Made by a program: the position numbers and the translations under genes. Shown one piece after another: positions 35,091 to 41,488 of a DNA stretch of 41,488 nucleotides. Below the pieces are notes generated by a model. The model was given only the letters and a program-made list of their open reading frames with translations. It was not told the origin of the DNA and ran no database searches. Position 1 is the stretch's first letter; each line of letters starts with the position of its first letter. This DNA comes from a virus, in UHGV virus genome UHGV-0206448. One strand, 5' to 3'.

Positions 35091-36449
35091 ATGAATGGGA
35101 AAAGACCATACAAACTGCCGGAACCGCTTTTATGTTCCGCTGATAAAGAAATCAATATGACATTAGTAGATGAGTATATTCGCAAGCATGAAGAGCGAAT
35201 ACCAAGGTACAGATACCTTGAGAATCTATACAAAGGTTTCCACGATGTATTCCGTCTTCCGGAAAAGGAGTCATGGAAGCCGGATAACCGACTGGCAGTG
35301 AATTTCCCAAGGTATATCACAGAGACCTTTTTGGGATACGCTTATGGGATTCCGGTTAAAAAATCTCACCCAGACGAAAAAATAAAAGATGCGATCCTTG
35401 AATTTGACCGGGATAACGATATCTCAGATCAAGAATACGAGCTGGCGAAGAAGTGCTGCATCTACGGACATGCTTTTGAGTATTTTTACCAGGATGAAGA
35501 AGCAAAGACAAAGACAGTAGTCTGCAATCCAAAAGAACTGTTTGTTGTCTACGATGATACCGTAAAGAGCCGCGCCCTATTTGCAGTGAGATACGGGAAA
35601 AAGGACGATAATGTTACAAGGTATGGTGAGATACTAACAAGGACAGAAATCATCCCATTTGAGGGAGAAAAGATGCAGGAGGGAGTGCTGAACCCTTATG
35701 GGCGCATCAATTGCGTGGAATACCTGTTAAACGATGAGAGAATCGGCCTGTACGAGGAAATTGCCGGCATGGTAGAAACATACAACCGAGTGATCGGAGA
35801 AAAGGCAAATGATGTAGATTCTTTCGCAGAAGCGTATCTTGCAGTGCTTGGTGCAGAATTGGACGAAGAGGGTGTTTACAAGATTAGGGACAACCGGATT
35901 ATAAACTTGTACGGCACAGATAATGCAAAAGATATTATCGTACAGTTTCTCGGAAAGCCTACGGCAGACGGAACACAGGAAAATCTTTTGAATCGGCTTG
36001 AGGATTTGATTTATCAGACAAGTATGGTAGCGAATATCTCAGATGAATCGTTTGGAAATGCTTCTGGAACTTCCCTCGCGTATAAACTGCAGTCTATGAG
36101 CAATCTTGCACTAACGTTCGACCGTAAAGTTGAAAAGTCCATGAGGAAACGATATAAGCTGTTTTGCTCTCTTGCAACGAATGTGTCAGATCGGGACGCG
36201 TGGAAAGATATTGATTTTACAATGAGTAGGAATATCCCGAAGAATCTCCTTGAAGAAGCACAGACAGCACAGGCGCTTGAAAGCATCGTATCCAAGGAAA
36301 CGCAGCTGCAGGTGCTATCTGTTGTCAAGGACGTTTCGGAGGAGATCGATCGAATGGAGAAAGAGGACAAAAAGAAGCAGGAAACAATCGTAGAGAAGCG
36401 GATGTTCGGAGGTGCGGCGGATGAGCAGCAGGACGTACTGGAAGAATAG
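35091..36449 (+). CDS. Portal protein (SPP1 gp6-like).
   Basis: 452 aa. Position between TerL and the MuF protein. Acidic C-terminus. Confidence 0.8.
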   Translation: MNGKRPYKLPEPLLCSADKEINMTLVDEYIRKHEERIPRYRYLENLYKGFHDVFRLPEKESWKPDNRLAVNFPRYITETFLGYAYGIPVKKSHPDEKIKDAILEFDRDNDISDQEYELAKKCCIYGHAFEYFYQDEEAKTKTVVCNPKELFVVYDDTVKSRALFAVRYGKKDDNVTRYGEILTRTEIIPFEGEKMQEGVLNPYGRINCVEYLLNDERIGLYEEIAGMVETYNRVIGEKANDVDSFAEAYLAVLGAELDEEGVYKIRDNRIINLYGTDNAKDIIVQFLGKPTADGTQENLLNRLEDLIYQTSMVANISDESFGNASGTSLAYKLQSMSNLALTFDRKVEKSMRKRYKLFCSLATNVSDRDAWKDIDFTMSRNIPKNLLEEAQTAQALESIVSKETQLQVLSVVKDVSEEIDRMEKEDKKKQETIVEKRMFGGAADEQQDVLEE

Positions 36450-37932
36450 GGAAGAAGAACAGCGAAAGAAGAATATCAAGGATGAAGCTGAATATGCGAA
36501 AGAGATCGAGAAGATCTACGCGAACATGATGGATGAAATCCAGAAAGAGATCAATGGATTTTACACACGATATGCAAAAGCAGAAGGAATCACAATCGCA
36601 GAAGCAAAGAAACGGGTATCTAAAATGGATATTGATGCATACAGCCGGAAGGCGAAACGGTATGTAAAGGATAAGAATTTTTCAAAAGAAGCCAATGAAG
36701 AGATGCGGCTATATAATGCCGCTATGAAGATCAACAGGCTTGAAATGCTAAAAGCAAATATCGGAATGCATCTTGTTGGCGGATTTGATGAGCTTCAGAA
36801 GTATTTTGACCAGATCCTGACAGAGAAAACACTGGAAGAATTTGAAAGGCAGGCTGGAATTCTTGGCAAATCCATTCAAAACAATGCGAAGATGGCACAT
36901 TCGATCGTGAATGCTTCTTTCCACAATGCGAAATACTCAGACCGTATTTGGATGTACCAGGACATGATGAAAGCCGAATTGTCGAAGCTATTACAGACTG
37001 GTTTGATACAGGGTAAGAATCCGAGAATACTGGCAAGGCACCTTACCAAACTGTTTGGAGTAAGCCGGGAAAATGCAGAGCGACTGATGATAACGGAGCT
37101 GTCGAGGGTGCAGGCAGAAGCGCAGAAACAGTCTTATATCCGCAATGGATTTGATGAGTATGAGTTTATCGCAGAACCTACCGCCTGTCCGATCTGTAGA
37201 TCGTTGGACGGAAAACATTTTAAAGTATCAAAAATGATGCCTGGAGAAAATGCGCATCCAATGCATCCTAATTGTCATTGCAGTACAGCAGCATATATGG
37301 ATGATAAAGAGTATCGAGAATGGCTGGATGGATATTCTAAACACGGGATGAATTTTGAGGAGTGGAAAGACAGGAGAGAGAAGGAAGAAAGCAAAAGGAA
37401 GTATAAGTACAGCAATACAGTTGTTGACACAAACCTTATCAATTCTCCAGAATACAGAAGGCGAATTGATAAGATTTCCAGTACGACAAAGGTTAATAGA
37501 AACACATGGAAAGTTGCAAAGGATATGTTGTTTCATAGGTCCGGGACAAAATTTGAAGATTTAGCATATATTGATGAAAAAACGGGAAAATATGAAATCA
37601 ACAAGGAATTTGATACTGAAAGTCGCGCAAAGCCGAATAAGAAAATGGATGCAATGCTGAAAGATGCAGATCCGTATACCATCATTGGAATACATAATCA
37701 TCCGGGAAGCAGTGTTCCAAGCATGGGAGATATACAAGTTTGTTTGCATAGAAAATATAAATGTGGTGTCGTTGTATGTCATGACGGCAAGATTTTTCAG
37801 TATTCTGTTGATGAAAAAAGATTTAATAAAATAATTTGCAACTATGCTCTTGAAAGAATGGAAAAAGAAGGATATACTGATTCTGTAAAAAATATGTTTT
37901 ATGATTCAGGCGTTGAAATGAAGGTGTTATGA
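36412..37932 (+). CDS. Minor head protein: MuF/SPP1-gp7 head-morphogenesis domain fused to a C-terminal RadC-like JAB (DUF2466-type) domain.
   Basis: 506 aa. The gp7/MuF domain ends with 'CPICRSL...HPNCHCS'. The C-terminal ~180 aa contain 'IGIHNHPGSSVPSMGDIQ' and 'CHDGKIFQYSV', matching the RadC HNHP...PS..D and DH.I...YS motifs. Confidence 0.8.
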   Translation: MRRMSSRTYWKNREEEQRKKNIKDEAEYAKEIEKIYANMMDEIQKEINGFYTRYAKAEGITIAEAKKRVSKMDIDAYSRKAKRYVKDKNFSKEANEEMRLYNAAMKINRLEMLKANIGMHLVGGFDELQKYFDQILTEKTLEEFERQAGILGKSIQNNAKMAHSIVNASFHNAKYSDRIWMYQDMMKAELSKLLQTGLIQGKNPRILARHLTKLFGVSRENAERLMITELSRVQAEAQKQSYIRNGFDEYEFIAEPTACPICRSLDGKHFKVSKMMPGENAHPMHPNCHCSTAAYMDDKEYREWLDGYSKHGMNFEEWKDRREKEESKRKYKYSNTVVDTNLINSPEYRRRIDKISSTTKVNRNTWKVAKDMLFHRSGTKFEDLAYIDEKTGKYEINKEFDTESRAKPNKKMDAMLKDADPYTIIGIHNHPGSSVPSMGDIQVCLHRKYKCGVVVCHDGKIFQYSVDEKRFNKIICNYALERMEKEGYTDSVKNMFYDSGVEMKVL

Positions 37933-38105
37933 TGGATAAAGAGAAAGAATATAAGAGAATATGCGAAAAGTTGGGGTGCAGGCCAACAGAAATAAAGATA
38001 CCGGATTTAAAAACAGAAGATGACAGCTGGGAAAATCCAGTCAGTAAACTCACAGTAGAAGAAATTGATTTTCTTTATGAAAATGGTTATTTGAATCCAA
38101 GATAG
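37929..38105 (+). CDS. 58-aa acidic ORF, ATGA-coupled to the end of the MuF-JAB gene. Possible partner/immunity-like protein.
   Basis: Start codon overlaps the stop of the MuF gene. 'MMDKEKEYKRICEKLGCRPTEIKIPDLKTEDDSWENPVSKLTVEEIDFLYENGYLNPR'. Below the ORF-track cutoff. Confidence 0.35.
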   Translation: MMDKEKEYKRICEKLGCRPTEIKIPDLKTEDDSWENPVSKLTVEEIDFLYENGYLNPR

Positions 38106-38165
38106 ATACCACCAGTCAGAAAAAGGCCGGTGGTATTTTTGTACTCATTTTGGAGGTGATGCGAT

Positions 38166-38453
38166 TTGATTGAGGTGAGAATTCGACCAGAGCGAATTAA
38201 AATCTCTGGACACGCCGGGTATGCGGAGCCGGGAAAAGATATTGTGTGTGCAGCTGTGACAGCACTTACACAGACGCTGATTCAGTCGATTGAAAATTTA
38301 ACAGATGATGAAATAGAATACAGAATATCTCCCGGAAAGGCTGAGATAGAATACAGGAATCTGTCAGAGAAATCAAAAACTCTGGTGGATTCCTTTTTTG
38401 TTGGCATTCGCTTGATTGCCGATGAGTTTCCAAATTATGTAGCAATTATGTAA
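38166..38453 (+). CDS. prp: Prp-family (DUF464) cysteine protease (ribosomal-processing protease homologue), phage-encoded.
   Basis: 95 aa. 'ISGHAGYAEPGKDIVCAAVTALTQT' contains the catalytic His and Cys. TTG start with RBS GGAGGTGA. Lies between the MuF and scaffold genes. Confidence 0.75.
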   Translation: MIEVRIRPERIKISGHAGYAEPGKDIVCAAVTALTQTLIQSIENLTDDEIEYRISPGKAEIEYRNLSEKSKTLVDSFFVGIRLIADEFPNYVAIM

Positions 38454-38535
38454 TTCACGCCCAAGTCTTGAAGGCGTAAAAAGCTAGGGGAAAGGACCAT
38501 GAAGAATGTCATTAAACTTTTAGGAGGTAAAGAAA

Positions 38536-39111
38536 ATGAAGAGCAGGATGTTTAGAATGCTGCAGTTATTTGCAGAAGTAACCCTAGATCACACAGCAGA
38601 ACCTGATGCGGTGAAAGATAGTGTTAATCCGGAAAACACATCTGATGATAGAGGGGAAGAAAAAAAGTACACAGACAAGGATGTGGATGCGATTGTAAAC
38701 AAAAGATTCGCAAAATGGAAAACTGAGCAGGAACAGGCGGTAAAGAGTGCTAAGGAAGAGGCAGAAAAGCTGGCAAAAATGAATGCTGAGCAGAAACAGA
38801 ATTACGAGATCGAGAAGTTGCAAAAAGAGAATGAAAAACTGAAGCAGGAGGCTGCAAAGGTTGAGCTTAGCAGAAGCGCCACAGGCATTCTTGCAGAAAA
38901 AGGAATTGAAGCAACGCAGGATGTTCTTGATTTTGTTGTAGGGAATGACGCTGATGATACGAATACAAAAATTGATAAGCTTGTAAAAATCGTGGAATCC
39001 CAGCTTAAGAAAGCCGAGATCGCCAGAGCAACCGGAACTACACCAAAAACTATGACGAACTCAGGAAGCCAGTTGTCTGAATTTGAAAAGAGACTTGCAA
39101 AGTATAAATAA
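38536..39111 (+). CDS. Scaffolding protein.
   Basis: 191 aa, highly helical, Lys/Glu-rich, immediately upstream of the capsid gene. N-terminus 'MKSRMFRMLQLFAE'. Confidence 0.75.
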   Translation: MKSRMFRMLQLFAEVTLDHTAEPDAVKDSVNPENTSDDRGEEKKYTDKDVDAIVNKRFAKWKTEQEQAVKSAKEEAEKLAKMNAEQKQNYEIEKLQKENEKLKQEAAKVELSRSATGILAEKGIEATQDVLDFVVGNDADDTNTKIDKLVKIVESQLKKAEIARATGTTPKTMTNSGSQLSEFEKRLAKYK

Positions 39112-39125
39112 AGGAGAATGCGAAA

Positions 39126-40043
39126 ATGAAGAACAGAGAATTTATGATGTTACAGTTATTTGCGGCAGGAGACAACAATGATATGCCGGTAAGAAGCTAC
39201 CAGCTTGAGTTTAAAAGCCTTTTGCAGGCAGTATTTAAAAAGATGTCTTATTTCGCGGATTTTTTCGGCGGCGAACTTGAGGCACTGGATGGAGTCAGAG
39301 AAAATGAAACAGCCTTTTATGTAAAAACATCAGACATTCCGGTTGTGGTTGGGACCGGATATGATAAAACGAAAACGAAAGCTTTTGGAACGGGAACAGG
39401 GAACTCTAGCCGTTTCGGAGAGAGAACAGAGATTATTTACACTAACACACCGGTTAATTACTCTTGGGGATGGAATTTCCATGAGGGGATTGACCGCCAC
39501 ACCGTAAATAATGATTTTGATGTTGCGGTAGCAGATCGATTGGAACTGCAGTCTCGGGCAAAAACAAAGCAGTTTAATAAGCAGCATGGAAAATTTATTT
39601 CCACATCTGCCGGAAAAACTTTAAGCGTTACTGATTATACGGCAGACAATGTTTTGAAGTTGTTCAATGAACTTTCTAAGTATTTCAATAATATTGAAGC
39701 AGTTGGAACGAAAAAAATTAAGGTTTGTTCCGATCTGTACAATGCCGTTGTGGATCATCCTCTGAATACGACTGCTAAAAACTCTACTGTAAACATTGAT
39801 GGCAATGAGGTTGTGAAGTTCAAGGGATTCCTTGTAGAGGAGATTCCGGATGAGCTCTTCCAGTCCAAAGAATGTGCCTATGCATATATTGCCGGAGTTG
39901 CAAAAGCATTTACTGGAATTAACACAGCGAGAACGATCGAATCCGAGGATTTTGACGGTGTAGCTTTGCAGGGAGCTGGTAAGGCTGGAGAATTTATTCC
40001 GAATGACAACAAGAAAGCTGTAGTTAAAGTGTCGGTGGGGTAG
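39126..40043 (+). CDS. Major capsid protein.
   Basis: 305 aa after the scaffold gene. N-terminus 'MKNREFMMLQLFAA' shares the LQLFA motif. Confidence 0.8.
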   Translation: MKNREFMMLQLFAAGDNNDMPVRSYQLEFKSLLQAVFKKMSYFADFFGGELEALDGVRENETAFYVKTSDIPVVVGTGYDKTKTKAFGTGTGNSSRFGERTEIIYTNTPVNYSWGWNFHEGIDRHTVNNDFDVAVADRLELQSRAKTKQFNKQHGKFISTSAGKTLSVTDYTADNVLKLFNELSKYFNNIEAVGTKKIKVCSDLYNAVVDHPLNTTAKNSTVNIDGNEVVKFKGFLVEEIPDELFQSKECAYAYIAGVAKAFTGINTARTIESEDFDGVALQGAGKAGEFIPNDNKKAVVKVSVG

Positions 40044-40126
40044 TACCCTCTGACGATGTAGCCTTAGTTGGCAGAGGGAAAGTCGGAAAGGCAAAAGTAG
40101 GAAAAGCGAAATAGGAGGTATGAGTT

Positions 40127-40510
40127 ATGGCATATACACCAACTACATGGAATGACGGCGACGTTATGACAGCAGAGAAACTGAATAAGTTAGAGCAGGG
40201 CGTGAAGAATGAGCAGGTTGGACCAGCAGGACCAGTAGGACCAGCAGGACCGGCAGGAGCAAAAGGCGAAAAAGGCGAAAAAGGCGATCAAGGAGTAGCA
40301 GGACCGAAAGGAGACAAGGGAGATCCAGGCGCACAGGGACCTGCGGGACCAAGTTACACTCTTCCAGCGGCGAATAAAACAACGCTTGGCGGTGTGAAAC
40401 AGATGGCTTTGATTGCAGATTTGTCGACAGAAACAGCGACTGATCTGAAAAATAAAATCAATGCGATTCTTGCGGAGATGAAAAAACAGGGTATCATGGC
40501 GAATTCGTAA
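40127..40510 (+). CDS. Collagen-like (Gly-X-Y) head decoration / fibre protein.
   Basis: 127 aa with '[44 protein letters not shown]'. Confidence 0.7.
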   Translation: MAYTPTTWNDGDVMTAEKLNKLEQGVKNEQVGPAGPVGPAGPAGAKGEKGEKGDQGVAGPKGDKGDPGAQGPAGPSYTLPAANKTTLGGVKQMALIADLSTETATDLKNKINAILAEMKKQGIMANS

Positions 40511-40524
40511 GGAGCTGAAATTGA

Positions 40525-40851
40525 ATGCTGGATGATTTAAAAATTCTTCTGGGAATTGATGTTTCCGATAGGGATTCTGATGAAAAGCTTTTATTGATTC
40601 TGGAATCTGTGCGAAATCGTTTGAAACTGCTTCTTGGTGGCATGGAAGTGCCATCGAGTATGCAGCATATCGTTACGGATGTGGCAGTGATCCGTTTTAA
40701 CCGCATTGGCTCTGAGGGTATGTCTTCCCACAGTGTGGCTGGAGAAAGCACTTCGTACAATGAAAATGATTTTTCCGCCTATATGGACGAGATACAAGCG
40801 TATCTTGACTCTGTAGACGGGGCAAAACGGGGGAGGGTGCGATTCCTATGA
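40525..40851 (+). CDS. Head-tail connector (gp6-like / DNA-packaging Phage_connect_1-type).
   Basis: 108 aa. 'LDDLKILLGIDVSDRDSDEKLLLILESV' is a typical start for this family. Confidence 0.65.
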   Translation: MLDDLKILLGIDVSDRDSDEKLLLILESVRNRLKLLLGGMEVPSSMQHIVTDVAVIRFNRIGSEGMSSHSVAGESTSYNENDFSAYMDEIQAYLDSVDGAKRGRVRFL

Positions 40852-41150
40852 GGTATGATAAAGCTATATATTTTCAAACGGCAGAACACGGAGCGTACAA
40901 TCCAGAGACTGGTGATTACGCAGATGACTACGTGACGGAAGTGAAGAAGTATGGAAGTGTTTCAGATACTGGGACAGAAACGATGAATTTAGTTTACGGT
41001 GAGATTAAGCAAGGGAGCTTGACCATCCAACTACAGACGCACTATAAGGAGCTATTTCACAGGATCCGCGTTGGAAGGAAAGTATACAGAGTGGATTTTG
41101 AACGAAAACTGCGAACAAAGCATGTGTTTGTGGTATCTGAGGTGCAGTGA
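40848..41150 (+). CDS. Head closure / head-tail joining protein.
   Basis: 100 aa. Overlapping starts and stops within the connector gene set. Confidence 0.5.
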   Translation: MRYDKAIYFQTAEHGAYNPETGDYADDYVTEVKKYGSVSDTGTETMNLVYGEIKQGSLTIQLQTHYKELFHRIRVGRKVYRVDFERKLRTKHVFVVSEVQ

Positions 41151-41485
41151 TGGCTACGTTAAAAATCGAAGGAATCGCAAAGCTGAATAAAGGTTTGAAG
41201 AAGCGGATGGATATGAGTGCTGTGCAGACAGTTGTACGGAAAAACGGGGCAGATATGCAAAAGAAAGCACAGAGGAATGCTCCAGTCGATACCGGAACAC
41301 TGAAAAGGAGTATCGGTATTGACATTTCAGACGGCGGAATGACTGCCACAGTAGAACCAACAGCTGAGTATGCGCCTTATGTGGAACTTGGAACCCGATT
41401 TATGGAAGCGCAGCCATATTTGAAGCCTGCATTTGAGGAACAGAAGAAACAATTTGAAAAGGATTTGCAAAAGCTTGTGAGGTGA
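41147..41485 (+). CDS. HK97 gp10-family tail-component protein.
   Basis: 112 aa. 'RNAPVDTGTLKRSI...PYVELGTRFMEAQPYL' fits gp10. Confidence 0.7.
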   Translation: MMATLKIEGIAKLNKGLKKRMDMSAVQTVVRKNGADMQKKAQRNAPVDTGTLKRSIGIDISDGGMTATVEPTAEYAPYVELGTRFMEAQPYLKPAFEEQKKQFEKDLQKLVR

Positions 41486-41488
41486 GAT

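Larger units (their letters stand above)
1..41488. mobile_element. Complete temperate siphovirus-like phage/prophage genome, circularly permuted in this window. The head module at the right end continues into the tail module at the left end.
   Basis: Full set of phage modules: TerS/TerL/portal/MuF/scaffold/capsid/connectors, tail, lysis, serine integrase, repressor switch, replication. The structural module is interrupted only by the window boundary. An RBS at 41479-41485 fits the ATG at position 1. Confidence 0.85.

Noticed and set aside
40190-40654. 154-aa minus-strand ORF overlapping the collagen-like and connector genes
   Set aside because: Antisense of confident genes. No RBS.
1-41488. 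CRISPR arrays, rRNA, transposase/IS elements
   Set aside because: Looked for regularly spaced direct repeats of ~25-40 bp with unique spacers and for transposase-like ORFs. None found. The only tandem repeats are the short 10-bp leader repeats, the ori iterons and the intragenic fibre repeats.

Overview
The window reads as a complete, circularly permuted genome (about 41.5 kb) of a temperate siphovirus-type phage or prophage from a low-GC Gram-positive, Clostridia-like host. The tail is long and non-contractile: tape measure, Dit and Tal are present and there are no sheath genes. Nearly all genes are on the + strand; the lysogeny/cargo block is on the - strand. The head module runs off the right end and continues at position 1. 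The last 10 nt carry a GAGGTGA Shine-Dalgarno that fits the ATG at position 1.

Gene order from the left:
- Tail module (1-11034): tail completion protein, major tail protein, G/T tail chaperones with a likely -1 frameshift, tape measure, evolved Dit, and a 1650-aa Tal/fibre with collagen-like repeats.
- Lysis cassette (11108-13175): a membrane protein, a phiLC3-type holin, a DUF2829/Tad2-like protein, a 29-aa micro-ORF and an Amidase_3 endolysin.
- An intergenic moron with its own promoter, then an attP-like imperfect inverted repeat (13543-13590) next to a large serine recombinase (13615-15147, -).
- Minus-strand lysogeny/cargo block: a YgiT/MqsA-type zinc-finger plus DUF4258 toxin-antitoxin-like pair, a Uma2 nuclease, an unknown 387-aa membrane-anchored protein converging on a promoter-driven small 2-TM protein, then ImmA and the XRE repressor.
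- Divergent switch region and early genes: Cro-like protein, Rha and a BRO/KilA antirepressor.
- Recombination and replication: SbcC/RecF-like ATPase, RecT, Cas4-like PD-(D/E)XK nuclease, HNH, RusA, and a replisome organizer with iteron-like repeats inside it.
- An orphan C5-cytosine methyltransferase, about ten small ORFs and a sigma-region-4-like late activator.
- An AT-rich moron island: a promoter- and terminator-bounded HEPN/Abi-like gene, a GC-rich structured spacer with a tRNA-like remnant, tRNA-Asn(GTT), and an orphan ImmA-like HExxH peptidase.
- Packaging and head module: TerS, TerL, portal, a MuF/gp7 minor head protein fused to a RadC-like JAB domain with a 58-aa downstream ORF, a phage-encoded Prp cysteine protease, scaffold, major capsid, a collagen-like decoration protein and head-tail connectors.

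The most interesting candidates for undescribed biology are the MuF-JAB capsid-cargo fusion with its partner ORF, the repressor-operon cargo protein plus convergent small membrane protein, the HEPN moron, the Tad2-like gene inside the lysis cassette with a covarying stem-loop motif, and the Prp protease with matching LQLFA cleavage motifs in scaffold, capsid and major tail proteins.
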